DNA from: Narcine bancroftii
Taxonomy: Eukaryota
Assembly: GCF_036971445.1 (NCBI RefSeq)
Contig: NC_091470.1
Span: forward strand, 139,707,025 to 139,750,000
DNA length: 42,976 bases
Reading direction: 5' to 3'
The notes under the pieces are model-generated. The model had not been told where the DNA came from, did no database searches, and was given only the letters and a program-made list of their open reading frames with translations. Of the stretch, positions 28,575-41,450 are shown in pieces. A program made the translations under genes and the position numbers. Position 1 is the first letter of the stretch, and each line of letters begins with the position of its first letter.

Positions 28575-31500
28575 CATCTCTTCTCCCCCTCTGCCCCCTT
28601 CTCCCCCTCTGCCCCCTTCTCCCCCTCTGCCCCCTTCTCCCCCTCTGCCCCCTTCTCCCCCTCTGCCCCCTTCTCCCCCTCTGCCCCCTTCTCCCCCTCT
28701 GCCCCCTTCTCCCCCTCTGCCCCCTTCTCCCCCTCTGCCCCCCTTCTCCCCCTCTGCCCCTTCTCCCCCTCTGCCCCCTTCTCCCCCTCTGCCCCCTTCT
28801 CCCCCTCTGCCCCCTTCTCCCCCCTCTGCCCCCTTCTCCCCCTCTGCCCCCTTCTCCCCTCTGCCCCCTTCTCCCCCTCTGCCCCCTTCTCCCCCTCTGC
28901 CCCCTTCTCCCCCTCTGCCCCCTTCTCCCCCTCTGCCCCCTTCTCCCCCTCTGCCCCCTTCTCCCCCTCTGCCCCCTTCTCCCCCTCTGCCCCCTTCTCC
29001 CCCTCTGCCCCCTTCTCCCCCTCTGCCCCCTTCTCCCCCTCTGCCCCCTTCTCCCCCTCTGCCCCCTTCTCCCCCTCTGCCCCTTCTCCCCCTCTGCCCC
29101 CTTCTCCCCCTCTGCCCCCTTCTCCCCCTCTGCCCCCTTCTCCCCTCTGCCCCCTTCTCCCCCTCTGCCCCCTTCTCCCCCTCTGCCCCCTTCTCCCCCT
29201 CTGCCCCCTTCTCCCCCTCTGCCCCCTTCTCCCCCTCTGCCCCCTTCTCCCCCTCTGCCCCCTTCTCCCCCTCTGCCCCCTTCTCCCCCTCTGCCCCCTT
29301 CTCCCCCTCTGCCCCCTTCTCCCCCTCTGCCCCCTTCTCCCCCTCTGCCCCCTTCTCCCCCTCTGCCCCCTTCTCCCCCTCTGCCCCCTTCTCCCCCTCT
29401 GCCCCCTTCTCCCCCTCTGCCCCCTTCTCCCCCTCTGCCCCCTTCTCCCCCTCTGCCCCCTTCTCCCCCTCTGCCCCCTTCTCCCCCTCTGCCCCCTTCT
29501 CCCCCTCTGCCCCCTTCTCCCCCTCTGCCCCCTTCTCCCCCTCTGCCCCCTTCTCCCCCTCTGCCCCCTTCTCCCCCTCTGCCCCCTTCTCCCCCCTCTG
29601 CCCCCTTCTCCCCCTCTGCCCCCTTCTCCCCCTCTGCCCCCTTCTCCCCCTCTGCCCCCTTCTCCCCCTCTGCCCCCTTCTCCCCCTCTGCCCCCTTCTC
29701 CCCCTCTGCCCCCTTCTCCCCCTCTGCCCCCTTCTCCCCCTCTGCCCCTTCTCCCCCTCTGCCCCCTTCTCCCCCTCTGCCCCCTTCTCCCCTCTGCCCC
29801 CTTCTCCCCCTCTGCCCCCTTCTCCCCCTCTGCCCCCTTCTCCCCCTCTGCCCCCTTCTCCCCCTCTGCCCCCTTCTCCCCCTCTGCCCCTTCTCCCCCT
29901 CTGCCCCCTTCTCCCCCTCTGCCCCCTTCTCCCCCTCTGCCCCCTTCTCCCCCTCTGCCCCCTTCTCCCCCTCTGCCCCCTTCTCCCCCTCTGCCCCCTT
30001 CTCCCCCTCTGCCCCCTTCTCCCCCTCTGCCCCCTTCTCCCCTCTGCCCCCTTCTCCCCCTCTGCCCCCTTCTCCCCCTCTGCCCCCTTCTCCCCCTCTG
30101 CCCCCCTTCTCCCCTCTGCCCCCTTCTCCCCTCTGCCCCTTCTCCCCCTCTGCCCCCTCTCCCCCTCTGCCCCCTTCTCCCCCTCTGCCCCCTTCTCCCC
30201 CTCTGCCCCCTTCTCCCCCTCTGCCCCCTTCTCCCCCTCTGCCCCCTTCTCCCCTCGCCCCCTCTGCCCCCTTCGCCCCCTCTGCCCCCTTCGCCCCCTC
30301 TGCCCCCTTCGCCCCCTCTGCCCCCTTCGCCCCCTCTGCCCCCTTCGCCCCCTCTGCCCCTTCGCCCCCTCTGCCCCCTTCGCCCCTCTGCCCCTTCTGC
30401 CCCCCTTCGCCCTCGCCCCTCTGCCCCCCTTCGCCCCCTCTGCCCCCTTCGCCCCTCTGCCCCCTTCGCCCCTCTGCCCCCTTCGCCCCCTCTGCCCCCT
30501 TCGCCCCCTCTGCCCCCTTCGCCCCCTCTGCCCCCTTCGCCCCCTCTGCCCCCTTCGCCCCCTCTGCCCCCTTCGCCCCCTCTGCCCCCTTCGCCCCCTC
30601 TGCCCCCTTCGCCCCCTCTGCCCCCTTCGCCCCCTCTGCCCCCTTCGCCCCCTCTGCCCCCTTCGCCCCCTCTGCCCCCTTCGCCCCCTCTGCCCCCTTC
30701 GCCCCCTCTGCCCCCTTCGCCCCCTCTGCCCCCTTCGCCCCCTCTGCCCCCTTCGCCCCCTCTGCCCCCTTCGCCCCCCTCTGCCCCCTTCGCCCCCTCT
30801 GCCCCCTTCGCCCCCTCTGCCCCCTTCGCCCCCTCTGCCCCCTTCGCCCCCTCTGCCCCCTTCGCCCCCTCTGCCCCCTTCGCCCCCTCTGCCCCCTTCG
30901 CCCCCTCTGCCCCCTTCGCCCCCTCTGCCCCCTTCGCCCCCTCTGCCCCCTTCGCCCCCTCTGCCCCCTTCGCCCCCTCTGCCCCTTCGCCCCCCTCTGC
31001 CCCCTTCGCCCCCTCTGCCCCCTTCGCCCCCCTCTGCCCCCTTCGCCCCCTCTGCCCCCTTCGCCCCCTCTGCCCCCTTCGCCCCCTCTGCCCCCTTCGC
31101 CCCCTCTGCCCCCTTCGCCCCCTCTGCCCCCTTCGCCCCCTCTGCCCCCCTTCGCCCCCTCTGCCCCCTTCGCCCCCTCTGCCCCCTTCGCCCCCTCTGC
31201 CCCCTTCGCCCCTCTGCCCCCTTCGCCCCCTCTGCCCCCTTCGCCCCCTCTGCCCCCTTCGCCCCCTCTGCCCCCTTCGCCCCCTCTGCCCCCTTCGCCC
31301 CCTCTGCCCCCTTCGCCCCCTCTGCCCCCTTCGCCCCCCTCTGCCCCCTTCGCCCCCCTCTGCCCCCTTCGCCCCCTCTGCCCCCTTCGCCCCCTCTGCC
31401 CCCTTCGCCCCCTCTGCCCCCTTCGCCCCCTCTGCCCCCTTCGCCCCCTCTGCCCCCTTCGCCCCCTCTGCCCCCTTCGCCCCCTCTGCCCCCTTCGCCC

Positions 31501-34500
31501 CCTCTGCCCCTTCGCCCCCTCTGCCCCCTTCGCCCCCTCTGCCCCCTTCGCCCCCTCTGCCCCCTTCGCCCCCTCTGCCCCTTCGCCCCTCTGCCCCCTT
31601 CGCCCCCTCTGCCCCCTTCGCCCCCTCTGCCCCCTTCGCCCCCTCTGCCCCCTTCGCCCCCTCTGCCCCCTTCGCCCCTCTGCCCCCTTCGCCCCCTCTG
31701 CCCCCTTCGCCCCCTCTGCCCCCTTCGCCCCCTCTGCCCCCCTTCGCCCCCTCTGCCCCCTTCGCCCCCTCTGCCCCCTTCGCCCCCTCTGCCCCCTTCG
31801 CCCCCTCTGCCCCCTTCGCCCCCTCTGCCCCCTTCGCCCCCTCTGCCCCCCTTCGCCCCCTCTGCCCCCTTCGCCCCCCTCTGCCCCCTTCGCCCCCTCT
31901 GCCCCCTTCGCCCCCCTCTGCCCCCTTCGCCCCCTCTGCCCCCTTCGCCCCCTCTGCCCCCTTCGCCCCCTCTGCCCCTTCGCCCCCTCTGCCCCCTTCG
32001 CCCCCTCTGCCCCCTTCGCCCCCTCTGCCCCCTTCGCCCCCTCTGCCCCCTTCGCCCCCTCTGCCCCTTCGCCCCTCTGCCCCCTTCGCCCCCTCTGCCC
32101 CCTTCGCCCCCTCTGCCCCCTTCGCCCCCTCTGCCCCCTTCGCCCCCTCTGCCCCCTTCGCCCCCTCTGCCCCCTTCGCCCCCTCTGCCCCCTTCGCCCC
32201 CTCTGCCCCTTCGCCCCCTCTGCCCCCTTCGCCCCCTCTGCCCCCTTCGCCCCCTCTGCCCCCTTCGCCCCCTCTGCCCCCTTCGCCCCCTCTGCCCCCT
32301 TCGCCCCCTCTGCCCCCTTCGCCCCTCTGCCTGCCCTTCGCCCCCTCTGCCCCCCTTCGCCCCCTCTGCCCCCTTCGCCCCCTCTGCCCCCTTCGCCCCC
32401 TCTGCCCCCTTCGCCCCCTCTGCCCCCTTCGCCCCCTCTGCCCCCTTCGCCCCCTCTGCCCCCTTCGCCCCCTCTGCCCCCCTTCGCCCCCTCTGCCCCT
32501 TCGCCCCCTCTGCCCCCTTCGCCCCCTCTGCCCCCTCTGCCCCCTTCGCCCCCTCTGCCCCCTTCGCCCCCTCTGCCCCCTTCGCCCCCTCTGCCCCCTT
32601 CGCCCCCCTCTGCCCCCTTCGCCCCCTCTGCCCCCTTCGCCCCCTCTGCCCCCTTCGCCCCCTCTGCCCCCTTCGCCCCCTCTGCCCCCTTCGCCCCCTC
32701 TGCCCCCTTCGCCCCCTCTGCCCCCTTCGCCCCCTCTGCCCCCTTCGCCCCCTCTGCCCCCTTCGCCCCCTCTGCCCCCTTCGCCCCCCTCTGCCCCCTT
32801 CGCCCCCTCTGCCCCCTTCGCCCCCTCTGCCCCCTTCGCCCCCTCTGCCCCCTTCGCCCCCTCTGCCCCCTTCGCCCCCTCTGCCCCCTTCGCCCCTCTG
32901 CCCCCTTCGCCCCCTCTGCCCCCTTCGCCCCCTCTGCCCCCTTCGCCCCCCTCTGCCCCCTTCGCCCCCTCTGCCCCCTTCGCCCCCTCTGCCCCCTTCG
33001 CCCCCTCTGCCCCCTTCGCCCCTCCCTCTGCCCCCTTCGCCCCCTCTGCCCCCTTCGCCCCCTCTGCCCCCTTCGCCCCCTCTGCCCCCTTCGCCCCCTC
33101 TGCCCCCTTCGCCCCCTCTGCCCCCTTCGCCCCCTCTGCCCCCTTCGCCCCCTCTGCCCCCTTCGCCCCTCTGCCCCCTTCGCCCCCTCTGCCCCTTCGC
33201 CCCCTCTGCCCCCTTCGCCCCCCTCTGCCCCCTTCGCCCCCTCTGCCCCCTTCGCCCCCTCTGCCCCCTTCGCCCCCTCTGCCCCCTTCGCCCCCTCTGC
33301 CCCCTTCGCCCCCTCTGCCCCCTTCGCCCCCTCTGCCCCCTTCGCCCCCTCTGCCCCCTTCGCCCCCTCTGCCCCCTTCGCCCCCTCTGCCCCCTTCGCC
33401 CCCCTCTGCCCCTTCGCCCCCCTCTGCCCCCTTCGCCCCCTCTGCCCCCTTCGCCCCCTCTGCCCCCTTCGCCCCCTCTGCCCCCTTCGCCCCCTCTGCC
33501 CCCTTCGCCCCCTCTGCCCCCTTCGCCCCCTCTGCCCCCTTCGCCCCCCTCTGCCCCCTTCGCCCCCTCTGCCCCCTTCGCCCCCTCTGCCCCTTCGCCC
33601 CCTCTGCCCCCTTCGCCCCCTCTGCCCCCTTCGCCCCCTCTGCCCCCTTCGCCCCCTCTGCCCCCTTCGCCCCCTCTGCCCCCTTCGCCCCCCTCTGCCC
33701 CCTTCGCCCCCTCTGCCCCCTTCGCCCCCTCTGCCCCCCTTCGCCCCCTCTGCCCCCTTCGCCCCCCTCTGCCCCCTTCGCCCCCTCTGCCCCCTTCGCC
33801 CCCTCTGCCCCTTCGCCCCCTCTGCCCCCTTCGCCCCCCTCTGCCCCCTTCGCCCCCTCTGCCCCCTTCGCCCCCTCTGCCCCCTTCGCCCCCTCTGCCC
33901 CCTTCGCCCCCTCTGCCCCCTTCGCCCCCTCTGCCCCCTTCGCCCCCTCTGCCCCCTTCGCCCCCTCTGCCCCCTTCGCCCCCTCTGCCCCCTTCGCCCC
34001 CTCTGCCCCCTTCGCCCCCTCTGCCCCTTCGCCCCCTCTGCCCTTCGCCCCCTTCGCCCCCTCTGCCCCCCTTCGCCCCCTCGCCCCCTCTGCCCCCCTT
34101 CGCCCCCTCTGCCCCCTTCGCCCCCTCTGCCCCCTTCGCCCCCTCTGCCCCCTTCGCCCCCTCTGCCCCCTTCGCCCCCTCTGCCCCCTTCGCCCCCTCT
34201 GCCCCCTTCGCCCCCTCTGCCCCCTTCGCCCCCTCTGCCCCCTTCGCCCCCTCTGCCCCCTTCGCCCCCTCTGCCCCCTTCGCCCCCTCTGCCCCCTTCG
34301 CCCCCTCTGCCCCCTTCGCCCCCTCTGCCCCCTTCGCCCCCTCTGCCCCCTTCGCCCCCCTCTGCCCCTTCGCCCCCTCTGCCCCCTTCGCCCCCTCTGC
34401 CCCCTTCGCCCCCTCTGCCCCTTCGCCCCCCTCTGCCCCCTTCGCCCCCTCTGCCCCCTTCGCCCCCTCTGCCCCCTTCGCCCCCTCTGCCCCTTCGCCC

Positions 34501-37500
34501 CCTCTGCCCCCTTCGCCCCCTCTGCCCCCTTCGCCCCCTCTGCCCCTTCGCCCCTCTGCCCCCTTCGCCCCCTTCGCCCCCTTCTGCCCCCTTCGCCCCC
34601 CTCTGCCCCCTTCGCCCCCTCTGCCCCCTTCGCCCCCTCTGCCCCCTTCGCCCCCTCTGCCCCTTCGCCCCCTCTGCCCCCTTCGCCCCCTCTGCCCCCT
34701 TCTGCCCCCTTCTGCCCCCTCTGCCCCCTTCGCCCCCTCTGCCCCCTTCGCCCCCTCTGCCCCCTCTCTGCCCCCTTCGCCCCCCTCTGCCCCCTTCGCC
34801 CCCCTCTGCCCCCTTCGCCCCCCTCTGCCCCCTTCGCCCCCTCTGCCCCCCTTCGCCCCCCTCTGCCCCCTTCGCCCCCTCTGCCCCCTTCGCCCCCTCT
34901 GCCCCCTTCGCCCCCTCTGCCCCCTTCGCCCCCTCTGCCCCCTTCGCCCCCTCTGCCCCCTTCGCCCCCTCTGCCCCCTTCGCCCCCTCTGCCCCCCTTC
35001 GCCCCCTCTGCCCCCTTCGCCCCCTCTGCCCCCTTCGCCCCCTCTGCCCCCTTCGCCCCCTCTGCCCCCTTCGCCCCCCTCTGCCCCCCTTCGCCCCCTC
35101 TGCCCCCTTCGCCCCCTCTGCCCCCTTCGCCCCCTCTGCCCCCTTCGCCCCCTCTGCCCCCCTTCGCCCCCTCTGCCCCCTTCGCCCCCTCTGCCCCCTT
35201 CGCCCCCTCTGCCCCCTTCGCCCCCTCTGCCCCCTTCGCCCCCTCTGCCCCCTTCGCCCCCTCTGCCCCCTTCGCCCCCTCTGCCCCCTTCGCCCCCTCT
35301 GCCCCCTTCGCCCCTCTGCCCCCTTCGCCCCCTCTGCCCCCTTCGCCCCCTCTGCCCCCTTCGCCCCCTCTGCCCCCCTTCGCCCCCTCTGCCCCCTTCG
35401 CCCCCTCTGCCCCCTTCGCCCCCTCTGCCCCCTTCGCCCCCTCTGCCCCCTTCGCCCCCTCTGCCCCCTTCGCCCCCTCTGCCCCCCTTCGCCCCCTCTG
35501 CCCCCTTCGCCCCCTCTGCCCCCTTCGCCCCCTCTGCCCCCTCTGCCCCTCCCCCTTCGCCCCCTCTGCCCCCTCTGCCCCCTTCGCCCCCTCTGCCCCC
35601 TTCGCCCCCCTCTGCCCCCTTCGCCCCCTCTGCCCCCTCTGCCCCCTTCGCCCCCCTCTGCCCCCTTCGCCCCCTCTGCCCCCTTCGCCCCCCTCTGCCC
35701 CCTTCGCCCCCCTCTGCCCCCCTTCGCCCCCTCTGCCCCCTTCGCCCCCTCTGCCCCCCTTCGCCCCCTCTGCCCCCCTTCGCCCCCTCTGCCCCCCTTC
35801 GCCCCCCTCTGCCCCCTTCGCCCCCTCTGCCCCCTTCGCCCCCTCTGCCCCCTTCGCCCTCCCTCTGCCCCCTTCGCCCCCTCTGCCCCCTTCGCCCCCC
35901 TCTGCCCCCTTCGCCCCCTCTGCCCCCTTCGCCCCCTCTGCCCCCTTCGCCCCCCTCTGCCCCCTTCGCCCCCTCTGCCCCCTCTGCCCCCTTCGCCCCC
36001 TTCGCCCCCTTCGCCCCCTCTGCCCCCTCGCCCCCTCTGCCCCCTCGCCCCCTCTGCCCCCTCGCCCCCCCTCGCCCCCTCTGCCCCCCTTCGCCCCCTC
36101 TGCCCCCTTCGCCCCCCTCTGCCCCCTTCGCCCCCTCTGCCCCCTCTGCCCCCCTCTGCCCCCCTTCGCCCCCTCTGCCCCCTTCGCCCCCTCTGCCCCC
36201 TCTGCCCCCCTTCGCCCCCTTCGCCCCCTCTGCCCCCTCTGCCCCCTCTGCCCCCTCGCCCCCTCTGCCCCCTCGCCCCCTCTGCCCCCTCGCCCCCTCT
36301 GCCCCCTTCGCCCCCTCTGCCCCCTCTGCCCCCTTCGCCCCCCTCTGCCCCCCTTCGCCCCCTCTGCCCCCTCTGCCCCCCTTCGCCCCCTCTGCCCCCT
36401 CTGCCCCCTTCGCCCCCTCTGCCCCCTTCGCCCCCTCTGCCCCCTCTGCCCCCTCTGCCCCCTCTGCCCCCTTCGCCCCCTCTGCCCCCTTCGCCCCCTC
36501 TGCCCCCTTCGTCCCCTCTGCCCCCTTCGTCCCCTCTGCCCCCTCTGCCCCCTTCGCCCCCTCTGCCCCCTCTGCCCCCTTCGCCCCCTTCGCCCCCTTC
36601 GCCCCCTTCGCCCCCTTCGCCCCCTTCGCCCCCCTTCGCCCCCCTCTGCCCCCTTCGCCCCCTCTGCCCCCTTCGCCCCCTCTGCCCCCTTCGCCCCCCT
36701 CTGCCCCCTTCGCCCCCTCTGCCCCCTTCGCCCCCTCTGCCCCCTTCGCCCCCTCTGCCCCCTTCGCCCCCTCTGCCCCCTTCGCCCCCCTCTGCCCCCT
36801 TCGCCCCCTCTGCCCCCTTCGCCCCCTCTGCCCCCTTCGCCCCCTCTGCCCCCTTCGCCCCCTCTGCCCCCTTCGCCCCCTCTGCCCCCTTCGCCCCCTC
36901 TGCCCCCTTCGCCCCCCTCTGCCCCCTTCGCCCCCTCTGCCCCCTTCGCCCCCTCTGCCCCCTTCGCCCCCTCTGCCCCCTTCGCCCCCTCTGCCCCCTT
37001 CGCCCCCTCTGTCCCCTTCGCCCCCCTCTGCCCCCTTCGCCCCCTTCGCCCCCCTTCGCCCCCTTCGCCCCCTTCGCCCCCTTCGCCCCCCTTCGCCCCC
37101 TCCGCCCCCTCCGCCCCCTCCGCCCCCTCCGCCCCCTCCGCCCCCTCCGCCCCCTCCGCCCCCCTCCGCCCCCATCCGCCCCCTCCGCCCCCTCCGCCCC
37201 CTCCGCCCCCCTCCGCCCCTCCGCCCTCCGCCCCCTCCGCCCCCTCCGCCCCCTCCGCCCCCTCCGCCCCCTCCGCCCCCTCCGCCCCCTCCGCCCCCTC
37301 GCCCCTCCGCCCCCTCCGCCCTCGCCCCCTTCGCCCCCTCTGCCCCCTTCGCCCCCTCTGCCCCCTTCGCCCCCTCTGCCCCCTTCGCCCCCTCTGCCCC
37401 CTTCGCCCCCTCTGCCCCCTTCGCCCCCTCTGCCCCCTTCGCCCCCTCTGCCCCCCTTCCCCCCCTCTGCCCCCTCGCCCCCTCTGCCCCCTTCGCCCCC

Positions 37501-37640
37501 TCTGCCCCCTCTGCCCCCTTCGCCCCCTCTGCCCCCTTCGCCCCCTCTGCCCCCTTCGCCCCCTCTGCCCCCTCTGCCCCCTTCGCCCCCTCTGCCCCCT
37601 TCGCCCCCCTCTGCCCCCTCTGCCCCCTTCGCCCCCTCTC
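28575..37640 (+). repeat. ~9 kb 18-bp tandem array: (CCCCCTCTGCCCCCTTCT)n to ~30255, then (CCCCCTCTGCCCCCTTCG)n
   Basis: About 500 units by length; virtually no A on the plus strand, hence stop-free ~3000-aa ORFs in several frames. Confidence 0.98.
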
Positions 37641-38179
37641 TCCCCACCGTCTCTCCCTCCCCCGCTCCCTCCCTTTCCCTTCCTTCGAGATATGGAAGCC
37701 ACATCCGATGTGAATGACCCTCTCCCCCTACCCCCATCCCGCCGGCGGTTCCTTGGCTTCTTTGACGTTTCCCCACAAACCCCAGCCCTGACCATCTCTC
37801 TTCCAGCCACCCCCTCTCCTGGTCGGACAGTAGGGAGGGGATGCAGTAGATTCGGGGGAAGAGGGAGGCGATGTCGTCCAGGGGATACCCCTCCCAGCCA
37901 TGTTTGTCCTGATCCCACCATCCGGGGTCTGATTTTTACCCACTCCCTGACCCTCAACCCCTCAGGAGGGAGGAATTAAAAATGTTTTTGTACATACCGT
38001 GTAAGGGAGTGAAATTGGACGAGGAAAATCTGTCGGGGGGTGGGGAGTGAGGGGGGGGGATTGCGGGGGCATTGTGAAGCGCAGGGAGAAGTCACCAATG
38101 GAAACGGAATTCAGAGTCTCAGCGGGGAACGTGGGACGGAAGATGTTACAGGGAAGATGTTCTCCATCTTGTCTCCAAT

Positions 38180-38550
38180 CCTCCCTGTCTCTGTAACCCC
38201 CTTCGGTCCTCTACACCCCATCCTGTTTCTGTAACTGCTTCTGGTCCCTGACACCCCTCCCTGTCTCTGTAACTCTCTGCGGTCCCCGACACCCCACCCC
38301 GTCTCTGTAACCCCCTCCAGTCCCCGACACCCCTCCCTGTCTCTAACCCCCTTCGGTCCCTGACACTGCTGCCTGTCTCTGTAACCCCTTCCGGTTCCCG
38401 ACATACTTCCCCATCTCTGCAACCCCCACCGGTCCTCTACACCTCTCCCTGTCTCTATAATCCCCACCGGCCCCCTACACCCCTCCCTGTCTCTGTAATC
38501 CCTGCCAATCCCCTACACCCCTACTTGTCTCTGTTAAACCCCTCCCTGTT
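38180..38550 (+). repeat. ~38-bp CTCTGTAACCCC minisatellite
   Basis: Tandem copies. Confidence 0.88.
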
Positions 38551-38949
38551 CTCTCTCAGGCAGATATTATACATTCTCTAGTTTCTCTCCATCCTCCTCT
38601 CTCAGGGTGATATCTGTACTCTAACTGGGGTCTGTTGTCCCCCCACTTACTCAGGGGGATATCTGCGCCTGTCTCCCCCCACTCTCCAAGTGAGGATCGG
38701 AATCCCTTGACCTGTCAGAGAGCACATCACCTCCCCCCACCGCCCCCCCCCCCCCACCCCCCCACAGCTCTCCGAGCTCGGTCCCTCCTGAACTTCCCAG
38801 GACATCTGTCCTGCACACCTGTGCCAAGACTGTTTGAGGGTTTCCTGTTGCACTGCAAGTGCGGGTTGGCAGTGGGGAGAGGTTTGTGAGGTCGTGGCCA
38901 GGTGCAGCCCGGCTCCAGCACACCAGTCCCTCAACCTGAGTGTCAAGGA

Positions 38950-39770
38950 CCTTCCCTGGGAGGGACGTGGAGGCTACGGAGAGGACGCAGAGGACTCTCA
39001 CTGGGATGTGGGCCAAACTATGGGGACTGCTCCCAGTTTTGACCATCCTGTGCCGGGAGGGACCTGGCGGCTACAGAGAGGGCGCAGAGGAGACTCACCG
39101 GGATATAGCCTGGACTGCAGGGACTGTGCCCAGTTCCGGTCGCCCCACGACAGGAAGGACGTGTCGACTACGGAGAGGCTTCAAACGAGACTCACCTGGG
39201 CTGGAGATTAGGTCATGAAGCAAGGTTGGCACAGTTGACGGCTAGCGACTGCTTCCCAGGGCGAGAACTGTGAACATCAGGCACAGGGAGGGGACTTGAG
39301 GGGAGATGGTGTTTTGTTAAGACAGAAACGTCGTGGGGGGTGTGGAATGCATTGCCGTGGATGGTGCTGGAGGCTGGAACATTGGGGGGTGTTTAAGAGA
39401 CTCGCAGACACATGGATGAAAGAGGTTTATGATGTAGGCAGGGGTGAGCACATCATTGAGGGCCGAACAGCCTGTACTGTGCCTTATTTCATATTCAATG
39501 AGTAACAGCGAAAGGTTCAACAGGTTCAGGACTTTATCCCCTGAAGATTTACTGGGATGTTGCCTGGATGTCAATGACTGAATTACAGGGAAAGGTTCAA
39601 CAGGTTCGGGGCTTTATCCCCTGAAGATTTACTGCGATGTTGCCCGGACGTCAGGGACTGAGTTACAGGGAAAGGTTCAACAGGTTCGGGACTTTATCCC
39701 CTGAAGATTCACTGGGATGTGGCCCAGACATCAGGGACTTAGTTGCAGGGAAAGGTTCAACTTGTTCCCT
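38950..39770 (+). mobile_element. Decayed CR1-like fragments plus three CR1-derived 80-bp tandem units
   Basis: CAQFRSPHDRKDV..ERLQ.RLT-like translation; CTGAAGATT at 39541, 39621, 39701. Confidence 0.7.
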
Positions 39771-40284
39771 GGAGATTTGATATTGAAAATGACAAAGCGG
39801 ATGGATGGAGTCAATGTCGGTCAGCTTTTGCTCCACTGAGTGACAGTTCCCAAGATGAGGTGTCCTAGTCCGGATCCTCATGAAACATCCACGGCCCTCC
39901 CCCTGAATCCCACTGGGTCCACCTGCAAATTCTGAGGTGCGGGTGGGAACTCCACCTGATTTTCCCATCTGGACGCTCTCCAGCCTAGCGGGATTGGCGT
40001 GAAGTTCTCCAGTGCCTGCTGACCTGCTCTCCTCCCCACCCCCCCACCTTCACTGAGTCATCCCACCTTCCCCTGCTCCGTTGCTGCTCGGGCCCCTCTG
40101 TGCCACCGCTGACAAGGCTCATGAGCTGAGGTTCGCAGGGAAGGATAAGAGGAGCCTTGATAGAAGTTGGCAAGATTACGAGAGGCAGCGAGAGGTCGGA
40201 CAAATTTAATTCAGCAGTTGATAGGTCTTGTGGCAACTCTACCAATCTCTGGTGAGACCGCAGTTGTGTTAGTTTCCAGACGTC

Positions 40285-41450
40285 TCATGACAGGAAGGAT
40301 GTGGCAGCTATGGAGAGGGTACAGAGGAGACTCGACAAGGCGTTGGCTGGACTTAGGGGACTGTGTACAATTCTGGCTGCCCCACGACGGGAGGGATGTG
40401 GCAGTTAAAGAGAGGGTGCAGAGGAGATTCGACAAAGCATTGGTCAGCCTGGGGAATGAGAATTGGGAAAGGTGTGGATGGTGTAGAAGGTTACAATGGC
40501 AAACGGACAAAATGGAGAGTGGGGAGAGGTGTAGAAGGTTACAACAGGATACAGACAGGATGGGGAGTGGGGAGAGGTGGATGGTGTAGAAGGTTGTAGG
40601 TCGCAATGGGATACGGACAGGATGGGGAGAGGGGTTGTGGACAGTGCAGAAGGTTGTAGATTACAACGGGATACGGAAAGGACATGGAGTGGGGAGAGGG
40701 ATTGTGGACGGTGCAGAAGGTTGTACATTACAACGGGTCATGGACAAGACAGTGGACAAACCCAACACCCAACCCCAACCAACCAATTTTCCCCTGCAAC
40801 TGCTGCAACCGTGTCTGCCTGTCCTGCATTGGACTTGTCAGCCACAAACGAGCCTGCAGCTGACGTGGACATTTACCCCCTCCATAAATCTTTGTCCGCG
40901 AAGCCAAACCAAAGAAAGAAGAAGGACAAGACAGGGAGTGGGGAGAGGGTTTGTGGACAGTAGAAGATTACAGTGGGATACAGGACGGGGAGAGGGGTTG
41001 TGGATGGAGTACAATGGGATTGGGGTGGAAATATGGCAGAAGGACTTCAATCTGGATCAGTGAGATGATACATTTTGGAAGAACAAACCAGATGGCTCAT
41101 TCCAAGGTTTATGGTTGTATTCTTAATGGTGTCGATGCACAGAAAGAGCATTACAAATCCGTACATCCCTCAAGGTCACCGTGCAGGTCAATAGGGGAGT
41201 TCAGGTGGCCCACGGGATGCTGGGCTCCATTCATTGGGGGATCAAGTTTGAAAGTTGAGAGGGGGGGTCATGTTGCAACTGGTGAGACCCCGCTTGGAGC
41301 ATCATGTTCGATTCTGGCAGTCTTGTTACAGAAAGGATGGGACAGCCATGTAGAGGGTGCAGAGGAGACTCACCAGGATGTAGCCCAGATTGGGAAGCAA
41401 GGCTTACAAGGCAAGGGTGGGGACTTTTCTGTTTGGAGCGTTGAAGGATG
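40285..41450 (+). mobile_element. Decayed, internally duplicated CR1 ORF2 fragments
   Basis: CVQFWLPHDGRDV...ERVQRRF, VVDSAEGCRLQRD and EIWQKDFNLDQ / IHFGRTN resemble CR1 RT motifs. Confidence 0.7.
40753..40923 (+). mobile_element. 5'-truncated RTE-clade LINE 3' end with 11-bp target-site duplication
   Basis: FPCNCCNRVCLSCIGLVSHKRACS* (RTE-type C-terminal Cys/His motif), AAGA-type tail, flanked by GGACAAGACAG at 40742-40752 and 40924-40934. Confidence 0.8.

Noticed and set aside
28416-37979. ~3000-aa collagen-, extensin- or RGG-like ORFs on both strands
   Set aside because: They are translations of an 18-bp array that cannot form stop codons; open in five frames, no synonymous variation, frame switches follow C-run slippage.
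39985-40245. WDDS motif suggesting a calsyntenin-3 exon
   Set aside because: Only four residues match; the expected ALTIIVNP continuation is absent.
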